Part shown: positions 11,526-24,500 of the stretch, piece by piece
How the letters are laid out: every line of letters begins with the position of its first letter
Position numbering within the stretch: position 1 is the stretch's first letter
From: Diadema antillarum
Taxonomy: Eukaryota
Assembly (NCBI RefSeq): GCF_040938485.1
Contig: NW_027271572.1
Location: 124,001 to 188,000 of the forward strand
DNA: 64,000 bases
Reading direction: 5' to 3'
Translations under genes and position numbers: made by a program
Notes under the pieces: model-generated
The model's input: only the letters and a program-made list of their open reading frames with translations
Database searches by the model: none
Told to the model about the DNA's origin: nothing

Positions 11526-14500
11526 TTTAATCAATTTGATTTTAATTTTACTTGATTTAATTAGATGGGATCAAAGCGCCATTATGTATATAAAGCTACA
11601 GACTTTCACCATAGCCTATATTATTCTCATCTGCGTCCAACACCCCCTTTTTTTTTCTCTCATTAGATTGTGTATTATGTTCTAGATGATTTTGTCATTG
11701 TCGTAATTACCTTGCAACATTGCAGCAAACCTCATGTTGGAGAAAAATTAGATTAAAAGAATTAACCTATAAATTTACGAACTTCAAGAAACAAAAATTG
11801 TCTGCATAATTTGCACAAACTGAGAAAAAAAAAATGTAAAGAAAATATGCGAATTAGAGAGGAAACAGGAAATTTTTTCCTCTAAAATGTACTGCTGAAG
11901 TAGACATCTTTTATAAATCAAGCTGAATAAAGGCTTTTGAAAATTCTGCAACCACAACAAATAATAATTGATGTTTGAACAAAGGATTCAAATGATAGGG
12001 GTTTTTTTTGCGACTGCACCTTTTGTGCAACACTAAGAAAGAATGTTAAACATTTCAATAAAAAGAATCAGCATAAAACCACATAAATTTATTTTGGGAG
12101 ACTTGACGGGCTAAACATTTGCTACAGGGACTATAAAAGGGATCTAGCTTTACTTTGTAGTTCTGTGACTGCTCAGCGAATATTCAATTAGGTTTCATGT
12201 TTTGCGTGTTTTGAATTCTGTCATCCTGCGGAAATCAAATAATCTGGGATCTTATGTATCTTCTTCTTCTTCTTTTTTGCATGATGCCCTCATTAGGAAT
12301 TGCAAAAACCTGACAAAGGGTGGGAATGTTTGATAATGGATACATCGTCATGAGCAAGGACGCTGATGATTAACGAAATTTCTTTTACAATCAATTCACA
12401 GTAAACCTCATTATGCTCTCATCGCGTATTGCCTTCTCTTCTGTCTACACATGGTCACTGTTGAGCAAATTTCTGCCAAACACTTATTCAATGTTTGCCC
12501 AGATTAGTGAGCTAATTTGCAATACATGTATGCTCTCTTTTCTGTAATTACATGTCGATCTCTTCCGGCAACGGTTCTTATTCCACAACGATCATAATTT
12601 TCTCAAGTATTCTGTAAATTCAACGAGCTTAGTGACTGATTGATAGTTTTGAATCGAACGAATCGTCAAGTTTCATAGCCTTGAATTTTCACTGCTTGAG
12701 ACATGTCTGTATCATCTCAATATTCAAAGCTATTAATCGACATCCAATGAATGATAAGGAATATAAAAAAATGACACTAATTTTTTGTCATCTACTTACC
12801 TAGAAGTTTGGCTTCTACGATCAAATTTCGCCCATTTCATAACTTGCTCTGTTCCCCCTTGATCTATCGATGTTCCTTTTCATGAACACGACTATACACA
12901 TACTGGAAATTATACAAACAGAAAATACACCCACAGCAACGCAATAACATGGATATTGTCACCGAGATTGAATGACTGGAAACTAGTGTCAGTGAATGTT
13001 GTTGCAAGTATTACAATGATTTTGAAGGTACAATTTGCAATAATACAATGTTATAGATATTGTTCTCTTCTCTTTTCTCAAATGTTTTCTCTGTCTGCGT
13101 CATGCACCAAAAGAAGTAGTATATAAAAATACGCTTATCGATTTGAGTCCGTTTCACGAAGTTATTGCACATGATCCATCTTGCAAGGAAGATGGAATTC
13201 CTGTTTGTTGAAACACAACTGAAGCTTCGTGAAACATGGCGCTATTATACCTCGTGATACTGTTGTCTATAGGATTAAAAGGCTTCTTCTTGAAAACAGT
13301 CACATTATGCCTTTGCTGTTGTGCATGTGTGTGTGTGTATGTGTATGTGTGTGTGTGTTTGTTGCGTGTGGAAATTTCTTGCTCTTTTCTGCTGATTTTT
13401 CTCATGATCTAAGTCATATGCTTTCATAGTTTCTTGTCACCTTACTTAATTATGATTTATGAAAATATATACATATACATATACATAAAAGAGAGAGTGT
13501 TTGTGTGTGTGCGTGTGTGTGTGTGCGTGTGAATATATTCAACTGTGTATGCCAGAAACAAAATATCTTAGTGGATATGGAAGATAGGAATGGGAATTTT
13601 AAAGAGAGACTAGGTAGGTGTATAATAAAATAAACATACCCACACACACATATACACACACACATTTGCACACAAATACGCAAATACACACATGAACTCA
13701 AACATAATATCACAATCCTCAGAAAATTGTTTTGAAACAAAATATTGTTTCCCAGAATTGTATGTTCAAATCATGTTTGTCTGACGAGTATTTATGCATC
13801 AACAGTAATTAAGCTATTTGAAAAATAAAAGAGGGCAAAATTATTCGAAAGTCACAATTACGGAGAAGAGAAAATATTTCATAAATCTAAGTCAACTCTT
13901 GTTATGGACAGGATGCCTTTTGTTTGTTTGATGTATGGATTTTGCCAGTCGGAACCCAATCAAACTTCGAACCCTGCCCTACATAATTGCACCTCCCTCT
14001 CTCTCTCTCAAAAGAAAAAGGTTCATTGTGTAAGTTTAATTGAAAATTCTGCAGTGTGCGGGAAATACATTAAGCATTTACTACCGTCGTGTCAAAGTGA
14101 CATATTCATTGATTTATTTTTGGGAACCACTATTTCAGCATTTGTAGAATAGAACAAATTGCTTCCTTTGTGCCGAGATTGTACACTTAGAATTGCCACT
14201 TAGTCTTATGAAATAAAATATGTTTTTTATATGTGGCGTCTGGTCCACGCACTGGACACGTTTCCTAACCAGAAGAATTTCGATGGTTTGTTTTGTTGTT
14301 TTTTGTTGTTGTTTTTTTTAGGTATATATATTTGGTTCCTTTGTCACCATCTGCTTTTACTATTGCCACCGTTTCACATGCAGTAAACATTGTTTCTCTA
14401 TTAGGAAGCACATTCAGGTCTTCGGGGCTATTTTCAATAGTAGTGCCAGCCCCGACTCCGACGAGTATATCATTTAAAGGGACGCTTTGAATGGTTACAA

Positions 14501-15841
14501 CAAGGTCGCCTATCGACCATATACGACCACAAAGAAGTGTTGTTTGTTGTACTATGGACGTTCTTACCTTTGAACTATAATAAGTGATAGAAAAAGAAAA
14601 GATTCATCTCTTGATCTAACAAGATTGCCACGTTGACACAATTTGATCTGAAAAAAAAAAAACACTAAACGGTACTGTTAGTCAACAGTATGCATAATAA
14701 AGGACTAGTGTTTTAATCACTAGTTTAAGAGTCAGTTTCTAAGGATGGTTCTCACGTCTGTCTTTTGCACGAGAAGGGGAAAAACACCGGGAATTCCCAA
14801 TCTGAAATTACCACCAATACCAGAATTGACATGATACTCTCTGTAAATGATATGCGCGCGTGAAAACGATAGGAAACGCTGAATACCTAAATCCCATATT
14901 TTGTTAAATTCACAATGTATGGTGTCAGTTGAATTACGTCGCTTTTCACTGTTCCCGACTTGGTCACGTTCTAAGTAAAAAACAACCAAAAACAAACAGT
15001 AATTAAGCGCCTTTGGAAATCAAAGGGATAAACAAGAAGGAACATCAAATACAGGAATAGGAGGAGGAGGAGGAGGAGGAGGAGAAGGTGGAAGTGAAGG
15101 AAGAATGGAGGTATGAGAAGCATTGGAAGTGAAATAAGACACGACCCCTGATGGTAGCAATAATTACTCGGGGCATCTCTCCCTGTCACCCATTCCCTAA
15201 TTCACCTTCATCCTTGTAAATAATTAAATCAGGCGTGATCTATTCACGTTCATATTTCCATATTCAGATTCATTTTAGACTTAAAACCAAAGGCGTCCCG
15301 TAACCGTCCTAATTTCAAAGCTTAATTTTGGTACAGATAATGTTCTTGAACGATAACACAATAATGACAGACTGGAAAAGTGATGACGTGAAATGTTGAA
15401 CAATTATTCAGTGCATTCAAAACACATTTAAAAAAAGAATAGGACAGAAATCACGTTAGCATATGGTTACTTCAATTTGCTAAGGTGACATGTATACCTT
15501 TTATAGCAGCACTTTAATTTCAGAATCATTATACGGTTGCTTTATTCCCCCCCCCCCCCAATATCATGCTGTTTTCGCATTTCATAAAATGATACTTTCC
15601 ATACTTTACGCAAAACAAACAAACAAACAAACAAAAACGCGGCACAAACAGACCACATATTACTTTGGGAACGTAAGCGATAATGAGCGGTGCATGGAAT
15701 GCAATCATAAACAAAAGGAACAATAATAATTACGATGAAATATTAATGTTAATATTATGATTTCAACCATCATAGTTGTCATTGATACGTTGCATATCAT
15801 CATTGTTATTTATAGTATAGTAGTAGTAAGAAGTAGTAGTA

Positions 15842-15843
15842 TA

Positions 15844-15907
<64 letters not shown>
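15842..15907. repeat. (TAC)n trinucleotide microsatellite
   Basis: About 22 units with one interruption; gives the poly-Leu spurious ORF. Confidence 0.95.
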
Positions 15908-16839
15908 AGTCAAGCTTAATGTCCACACCAAAATTTTCATCGCCATCAGAGTCAAATTCATGAAATGGTCATTTTATCGTGTCATGATCCTGCATATCCA
16001 TATCAATGCCATTTGTCTAATCGTCTAATTGATCAATATTGCTCTTTTTTTCTAACGGTTGTTTTACTGGTACCTCAATCTGCGTTAAACAGCTGGAATA
16101 TTACAATGCTTTATAAGCATAAGTTGTAATATATCGGTATAAGGCACGCGTGTACTGTTTTTACGTTACCCGGGTGATTACTTTAGTTAGACATTATGTG
16201 TCTCCTTTGGTTATAATAAGAATGTTAATGCTCTCATTTATGAAAACATAGATGATGGCGGTGTATATGAAATTGCCTAAAATTCTACGTCAGCTGTTTT
16301 GAAAGGCAGATGGCGGTTTTGATCACAGGAACAACTATAGTATCTTAATCATCACCATCAGCAGCAGCAGCGGCCTTGGAATTCTGATAAAGTTTTGACA
16401 CTTACACAAACACTCATGGTCTATCTTATGCTTTTATCGCTCGGGTCTCCCATTTCAAGTCAAGCATTTGATGTGCTGATGGATATTGAGGTGAGAATTC
16501 GTGTATATATAGAATGCTTGTATATGTAACCCGGTATTCCTCAAAAAGGTTTATGGGACTTTAGGAATCCCATAAGGGACAGGTCGATCGGCCTTTACTC
16601 TTTTTTTTTCATTTATTCATCTAGCCTTTAAGAGTTATAGGTATTCTATTGATTTATATTGAATGTTTCTTTTCATGCATTTTCAACATCTATGTTGATC
16701 TGACTCTTCTTTCGTCGCACATTTCGGCTGTAAAATGAGAGGAAATCAACCAGTCCATCTAATCTCTATTTTGGTAGCAGTGTATTAGTCTAATTGTCGC
16801 TCTAATGTAAAAGTACTTGCTTCAAGCATGAATAAGAAA

Positions 16840-17230
16840 AACATGGGGCTCAGCGCGCTTTCAAATATTCGTTTAAAACAATCAAGCAAACAATTTTAAT
16901 CATCATTAACTTCATACACAAAACTGAAGGAAATGACGGTTCAATATCCCAACTGTCGTCTGAAACCGAAATTTGCCGAGCATTTTAGTGATTTGAAAAG
17001 ACGGCGCGTAATGAAAAGGGGGCCGGAATATATATATATATAGAAGTACGGATAGAGAGGGGCACCGCTCATTTGCTAATTAATTGCTAAAATATTTATG
17101 GGGTACAGTAGCGCGCGCTGCCTCCTCGACAACTTTCTCTTTCCTCAAATAAGTCTTCCCTGGACGATTTAATCCAATTTTATGATCAATATTTCAGCCA
17201 TAGCCTGGAGCAAACACCTCTCTCCGTGCT
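16840..17230. promoter_or_regulatory. Candidate cis-regulatory module (homeodomain-motif rich)
   Basis: CTAATTAATTG 17076-17086, TTTATGG near 17095, TAATCC (K50 Otx/Gsc type) near 17170, TTTTATGA and TGATCAAT near 17178-17190, in locally GC-richer non-coding sequence. Confidence 0.35.
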
Positions 17231-18798
17231 GTCACTGTTCAAAATGCATTTTCTTTTTTTTTCTTTCCTCCCCCTCCCTATCCCCTGCTCTCATAATCCC
17301 CTTAATACCTTGCTCATTATTTCCTTTTCCCTTTAATTCACTGCAATTATAACCCCTTTGGTTTAAAATCTTCCCCTCTGCTCTCATTTTTTTTCTTTTG
17401 TAGGTTTGTTTATCCGTCCAATTGACCAATATGGCACTTTCTCTATCTTTCGTCACTGTTTTTACATCAGTAGTAGATGCATGACCATCCAGTGCTAATG
17501 CATGTTGACTTGTGCTGATTAGAATTACCCTTGCCATCACTTATGAGGCTAAAAGAATGTCTAAAAGTGTGTGGCATGCATTTCATCTTTTTTTACTATT
17601 TTTCTCCAGAGTACTTGGACACGCAAAAAATAAATCAACACACAAAACTTCAAAACCAAGATTCTGTCAATGACATAATCTGTCAACCACTGGTTAAGTG
17701 CTAATATGGTTAACAAAAGGTGTTAATTAAACAAAAGGTATTAGAATGCTCCCTCCCCTGGATTGAACATAACGTGCACGTTTCCATGCAATGTATATCG
17801 TTGATCATATTAGTAACATAGAAACATTCAGGTTACATATACAGTGTATATTCTTGTGGCCACACGTTTTTCAGTGATGGTCAGCCAGGTTGATATAAAT
17901 CAACATAAGTCAGCATGTATTTCACATTGCACACAGGTCATTGAAGTATCATAGTGTTGTCTCTAGCTGTTTTTGTTTGTTTCGCAACCCCCCCCCTCAA
18001 AAAAATGATGATTATGTTTCTGCTAAACCATCCACTAGATGTTCATTCAGATGCCTATGGGCTTAATGACACGTCTTATTATATGAGATATTGTCTTGTC
18101 TTCGCCTTGGCTCTGTCACATAATATCACAATGCTGGAGACAAGAATGTCAGCCACAGAGCAGAGTAAGATAGATAGATAGATAGATAGATAGAGATAGA
18201 TAGATCGATAGATCGATAGATATTAGATTGATTGATAGATAGATTGATATATATAGATTATATAATATNNNNNNNNNNNNNNNNNNNNNNNNNNNNNNNN
18301 NNNNNNNNNNNNNNNNNNNNNNNNNNNNNNNNNNNNNNNNNNNNNNNNNNNNNNNNNNNNNNNNNNNNNNNNNNNNNNNNNNNNNNNNNNNNNNNNNNNN
18401 NNNNNNNNNNNNNNNNGGGATAAACCGACGAAGAAGCATTAAAGCAGAAAACTTTCTAAACTTATGCCGTAACTACCAAGGTCCCTTTTGAATGATTTAT
18501 CATCATGCTCGAAACGCTCCGGGATTGGTATATTTCACATTGTTGTTTTTGACAAGAGTATATAACTCACTGTAAATTCTGTAAGTCACAGATTTTGTTT
18601 TTCAACAGCATGTTTCTCTCCTCTTATTTTACGTAACTTTACTTCGATCATGTCAAAACATTATCAGACAGACTGAGTGGTAGATGATAGGACTTGGATT
18701 ATGTAACAATGACTTTCATTTCGACGGGTTTTTAAGATCTCTTCGGACTTGGACTCCCAACCTTCGATGTGCGTTGGGTTGACTAGCCCACGATCGGT

Positions 18799-18886
18799 GA
18801 TTACCCGCGCTTTAATGACGATTGTTTCGCTGGCGGGGCCGCGATTACCCGCGCTTTAATGACGATTGTTTCGCTGGCGGGGCCGC
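18799..18886. repeat. Perfect 44-bp tandem duplication
   Basis: GATTACCCGCGCTTTAATGACGATTGTTTCGCTGGCGGGGCCGC at 18799-18842 and 18843-18886, identical. Confidence 0.95.
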
Positions 18887-20689
18887 GACGGAATTGTGTA
18901 GCCCGCCGCATCGCGCTCCCCTAGTTTATACGCACAGTAATTGCCCATGAATTATGTAACAATGTGACAACTACAACATGAGAGAGAGAGGAAGAGAAAT
19001 AGAGAGACCAAGAGAGATGAGAGAGAGAGAGAGAGAGACGGGGGTAGGAGGGGGACAACGACACGACACAAAAGAAACGTCGCTGTAGCGATAAACAAGC
19101 CATAAATTAAGGCAACCGCCATGTCTAGCCAAAACGACGCTGTAGTGGGTATCATTAGCAGAAACTTCCAAAAGAGAGGTATGAATGGTAAGTTATCTGC
19201 GTCACTTATTTTACACGTCGATAATGAAGAGCTGGAGGGGGGGGGGGGGGGGAAATGGATTAGAAGCTACGCGTCCTCAACCGGCCCAGGTCTAAAGCGA
19301 AATTATGCCGAGCAAATCTCATCATAAAGAAGACCATAATACAGTACAAGAATCGAGGGGGAAAATACAGCAAATTATTATAAGAGATACAGATGACATT
19401 TTTTTTTTCTTCTGTCTTTCCATCATATCTACCCGACTTACATTTTTCCGATACCTCTGCCACCAGAATACGAAAACAAAACAGATATAAAACAAAACAA
19501 AACAAAACAGCAGAAATAAAAAGAAAACTAGACAAAATAGCAAAAACCCCGCCAGTGACCACATATTATGTAAAATGTCTCTTCTCTCACCTTTTCGCAA
19601 TCTTCTGTTCCCCGTGGGGCGAGGTATTATGAGGCGCTGGCCGAATTGCTCCATGTCCATGCAGAGAGGTCAAAGTAGGCGTGGAGGAACGTGTTCATTA
19701 ACACATCATGGTTATGTATATCATCCAAAAAAGAGCAAGGGGTAAAAAAAAGTTTTTATAAGGCAATATGGACGACAATTAAGTGTCAACCGTAATCAAG
19801 GTGGCTGTTTCCTCTCACGCTCAGGCAAGGAGCTCTTGACAATACCCCTTAGACAATAAGGCAGATCCTTGGAAATTATAGTTTGACAGCCGCAAGAATC
19901 AAGCTCACTACGATCGCCTTTGTTTTCAATCTTATCCCAAAGCAGTCACACCCTGCTGTGATTTTATTCATTAACTCTTTTTTTCATTCAGCTTTTATTG
20001 TGACGATCACACGCAGCTTTGGTACATTCCTTCGTAAACAAACAGCAGCAACAATAACCAAAACAACGACGAAAACTACTGTAAACTTTAAGCCAATGCG
20101 AGCAAGGGCAAGTATAAAGACAATGAAAGGGCATGCTTTCAACTTCAGGTGTACTCAGAAAAAATTGTTTGCATATCGATCAACTGTATTTTTTATTACA
20201 TTGGCTTCAGGGAGCTATACAGGCGTGAAAGAAAACAAACAGAAAAATGTCATTTTTCGGTTTGATTTTGTGCACATGTTAAAGGCGGTGTTCAAGAGCT
20301 TGGGAGCGCTATTAGAATTACCGTGATAGTATCATCTGAACATACAACTCAATTTGTCATTCGTACAGTTTGTTGAAGGGTAACTTCGACTTGATCGGAC
20401 CATATGTAACTCCACGTTTGGACCTGAAGCTGTCTACTGATGTATCGAGTAGGACTGTCAATTAAGTGGGGCCCCGAAAAGGCCTCTGTATCTGAGGACG
20501 GCCGCTTGGGGAAAAAAAAACAGAGGAAAAAAGTACAGGAGACCTCCAGACAGTGAATTTGTTTACTCCTGACGAAGAGGAAGAGAGAGGAAAAAGGAGA
20601 GGGAGAGAGGGAGAAAAAGAGAGGGAGAGAGATAAAGACAGAGAGAGAGAGGGAGAGACAGAGGAGGAGAGAACCCATTCCCGTGGTTT

Positions 20690-20930
20690 ATGGTGGGCTA
20701 TTGTGACAGGCCCTGACTTTTAAAGCTCGTTATGGTCTCTTGGTTAGCTTTTAGTCCGGCCCGCGGGGCGGAACCGGTCGCGAACAGTCGGCCGGAAAGA
20801 TAGTGTGGGACTACAGGGGCCCCAGCAAAGAGACCAGAGGAGCAGTCGAGGATCGAATGTAAGGCGAAACGCGCTGCTTAATATCCTAATGTTTGGAACA
20901 ATGAAGCAGCTACCAAATAATGAGGGCACT
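20690..20930. promoter_or_regulatory. GC/CpG-rich island with nested inverted repeats
   Basis: CpG-dense; IRs TGGTCTCTT/AAGAGACCA, TAGTCC/GGACTA and TCCGGCC/GGCCGGA; flanked by GA/CT tracts. Confidence 0.35.
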
Positions 20931-21156
20931 TACTTTGTTTTCTCTCCTTCTATCCCCCCCCCCCCTCTCTCTCTCTTTCTAAAACTTTGTTACAGAAGGG
21001 CAAACAAGCCGAATCTGTCAAGGTTATCAGTGAACAAAAAGCAGATGGGTATAATTATACAAATCGTCTTTTCCTCAATTTGATTGCCTCTATTCATTGC
21101 GAAGGCATATTGTCTTTTCTTTCAAAGATATTATTTGCATTGGAGATAGAGGGAGA

Positions 21157-21157
21157 G

Positions 21158-21216
<59 letters not shown>
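21157..21216. repeat. (GAAA)n microsatellite
   Basis: Perfect tetranucleotide purine array. Confidence 0.95.
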
Positions 21217-21899
21217 CATTCAATAGTCAAGATGTCGCAATCAATGACTAAGGCTTAAGCACACAGAAACATGAAAGGATTGGCAGTAACACATAAGGTA
21301 AAAATATTCTTTCCGGTTTCTGATGTTACATCAGATAAGGGCCAAGTTACAGGAGTAGACCCCGTTTTTTTTTTCTCTCTCTCTCTTTGTCATCGTATCT
21401 CCATAACCACTGCATGTTTTGTTTTGTTTTGATTTTGTTTATGGTTTCTGTTTTGAATTCGAACTGTTTCGGATTAAAGCGATCAACAAACAAGATCTAA
21501 TTGCCTTTGGGTTTAGCTGTGAGGAGGAAAATTACAATCAGAATCTAATTCATCCGTCATTGCATTTTAACATCTTCCATTATTTGCCACTATATAGATT
21601 ACTCTGTTCTGTCAAGTGTAGTACCATATATGCATATATTATGCTGGATGATTTTGCTACACACACAAAAAAAAAATGTAAATGATGTGCCATATTTGAG
21701 AATAAAAAAAATCAAATCCGTACTGTCAAGAGATCATCAACAACATCGATTTTTTCCCACAAACTAGAGGAACGGGCAAACGGGGGTACAAGTCCCGAGG
21801 GTAAGCATATACGCTTTTCTTCTAAACGTTCCTGACGACGTGAGCTAAAGGCAAAAGTGTTTGCCCTTTTATCGAATTAAAAAACATGAGGACTGCCCA

Positions 21900-22320
21900 C
21901 ACAATTGATTCTATACGCTGGTGACCACCCAACTCCCCATTTAGGCGGAGTCTGTATCCGGGCACGCATCCGGGCATTGACCCTGGTTGGCGGAAGTGTC
22001 AGGGACGGCGTGGTCCATACATTTGCCTTCGTAATAATTAATGAAAATGATGATAATGTGGTCGTTACAGTTGCCCAGGGTAGTAACTCTCCATCTTTTG
22101 GGCTGCTCTTATCGAGGAATCTGCCTTTGTCGTTTATACCGCCCCATATAGCATTGTTAGGAGCCCATTGTTACTCATGGGTCGAGGGGTGTCAAATTGG
22201 GCACCTGGTAACAATTGCGTTCACTCATCAAGGTCTACATACAAAGATTGATCTTTGGCGTTATCATCAAGATCATTGTAACCGGGCATAAATGAAGAGG
22301 GACGGACAATGATTAGGCGA
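21900..22320. promoter_or_regulatory. Candidate enhancer with clustered Sox-type and homeodomain motifs
   Basis: CATTGTT 22152 and 22166, AACAAT 22210, CATTGT 22274, ACAATG 22306; TAATAATTAATG 22032-22043. Confidence 0.35.
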
Positions 22321-23379
22321 AACATTGAAATGTGGAATATATCCAACAGTAGTTAAACTGTTTTCCTCGTCAATGTCTTGTTAGTTCTTCTTTCTTTTCT
22401 TTCTCAAAACAGTGCCAATCTGTTCGAGTTTTCTCGCTGTCAAGGGTGTGTCGGAGTCAATAACTGTGTATTTTCGAGTACCAACCCATCACACGCGAGC
22501 TCTGCCTTCGAACTCCAATACAAATTTCTTACTAGTTATTGTTGTTGTTATTGTTGTTGTCATGAGTTCTTATGGTATCCCCATCAAGCTCACATCAGAT
22601 TTTATACTTCATAAAAGGGTGACAGGTTGCTAGCTGGCAAAGGGTAATTGTCGTTGCCTGTCTTCAAGAGAGAGATGATCGTAATTAACGCCGCCCGTAT
22701 ATGCGTGTGACCACTGAAGAGGGACCCGTCCTGGGAGTCGGGAGTGGGTTTGATCCGACGAGGGTGGGGGCGAGTCTTCAGAGGCAGAGATTGACTTTCG
22801 TCAAACAGGAGACAGGGGAGGAGGGCTGGGTGGGGTGGGACGGGGAGGGGTAACTCAAAGTGAAAGAAACAAAAGACTCAAACAATATATTTTGAGAGTA
22901 GAATTCATTTTCATATCGATTGGAGGAGTAGAAGAAGACGAAAAAATTGCAACCCGACAGGTGTGATGAACGCATGAAGGAATTTGTGTTTTTTATTAAA
23001 ACAAACTCATCCAATATGATTGGAGAGAAAGGTTGAACAGAGATCTTCTATCTTGAACAAACAAAAGGCAGTTCAGTCCTTCTCTTCCTGGAGAGACAAA
23101 GATGTATTCTAGACAAAGACAAGAGACATAATGGATAAGGAGGATGTGGTTTGGTAGACTATAGTCAAGATGAGGGGTGCGAGGTGCAGAAGGAGACAGC
23201 ACAGCTGACGCGAGTGGAGAAAAATAAAGGTAACGAAATTGTTTTAAAAAGTGTTTTGATGTTTTAGATCAAGTGTAAAGGCTTAAAAATTAAAAAACAC
23301 ACACACTCATACACACACAGAGGCACGCACCCACGCACCGACATAATTTATAGGTCTAAGTGTCCTGATGATAATGCAT

Positions 23380-23450
23380 GGGAGCACCACGGTGTAGTGG
23401 GTCCCGGGTTCGAATCTCAGCCAGTGCCTTCATCCTAGTGCTTCGACTAC
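23380..23450 (+). mobile_element. Degenerate tRNA-derived SINE head
   Basis: A-box-like CGGTGTAGTGG 23390-23400 and GTCCCGGGTTCGAATC with B box GGTTCGAATC 23407-23416. The boxes are only about 6 nt apart (internal deletion) and there is no cloverleaf, so it is not a tRNA gene. Confidence 0.5.
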
Positions 23451-24199
23451 TTGTAAGTGCTCATAATCTCCCTCCTCCCGAACCAGGGTAAAAAGTGGGT
23501 AGTTGGTAGTGCTGGGGTAACGATACTGGTATACTGAAAGGCTGCCCTGGATAAATACGACCATATTGTCAGTATTATTGTTTTTCGGGCTGACGTCCAC
23601 CAAAAAAAAAAAAAAAAAAAAATGTGTTTGCTCCTGTACGTTGTTTATACACACAAGATTAACAAAGCTTACATACATTAAAAAAGAAATAAAAAGATAC
23701 CCGACATAACAAACTTGTATGCGTAGAAATGAAAACGCGAAAAGGGGTTCGGAAAACAGAAAGGAGAAACTACTAATAGATAACAATAACTGAATTAAAC
23801 CATTGTCAATCAGAATGTTTTATTGTATATACAGTACCGGGAAGCGTTTACCTGATCATCATTGGACCCCCCCCCCCCCCCCGCCGCTTTCAAAAGGCAA
23901 GGAAAGTTGTTCGAAAAGTCTCTCAGATAACCAAATTGTTTTCAAGTACAAGAATTATGAAAAGACCAACGAACAACTGCAATTAGAACTCTCAAAAAAA
24001 AAAAACCACAAAAAACCCCACCCAAAACAAACATATCGTAATTGGAACGTACAAGAAAATATATACCACGAAGGTGATAATTTGAAGGAAAAAAAACTTA
24101 ACAAAAATTTCACATTGAACTGTTAAAAAGGACTCGGATATACGTCGGAAACTAGTATAGGTGAATTTACTAAATTATGCATAATATTTCCTTCCTATC

Positions 24200-24500
24200 A
24201 TATCCCTGTTTTTCTCTGTCCCCCACCCCGCCTTTCCATCCCCCCAGCCTCCGATCTAATAATTCGGCGCCCGATGGGAAACCCATACGAACCTATCGGG
24301 ACGGCTCGGTTGTAAAGAGAGCTGGCTGCCGCCGTCGATGAGACGGTAATTAAACCTCTTTTCATTAAAGCGCAGGCCCCGTTAACCCCTAATGATTCCA
24401 ATATGAACAAGATCTCAGCAAGGCTTTCCATCTCTTTCACAAAGTTAGAAAGAAAAAGGGGGACAGAATGGCGGGGTAATGACATGAACGATTTACCATA
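24200..24500. promoter_or_regulatory. Candidate cis-regulatory module
   Basis: GC-rich non-coding island with GTAATTAA 24346-24353, TCATTAA near 24362 and CTAATGA near 24389; bounded by a C12 tract at 24515. Confidence 0.3.

Noticed and set aside
16140-16150. TAAGGCACGCG, identical to the first 11 nt of mature miR-124
   Set aside because: The 3' half diverges (TGTACTG versus GTGAATGCC) and there is no complementary star arm upstream; chance match.
19883-20326. 147-aa ORF; likewise 28604-29047 (-), 50129-50590 (-) and 29519-29833 (+)
   Set aside because: Non-ATG starts and/or low-complexity composition, with no recognisable family.
23380-23450. Functional tRNA gene (also 51600-51670 on -)
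   Set aside because: A/B boxes are present but no cloverleaf can be folded; assigned to SINE heads.
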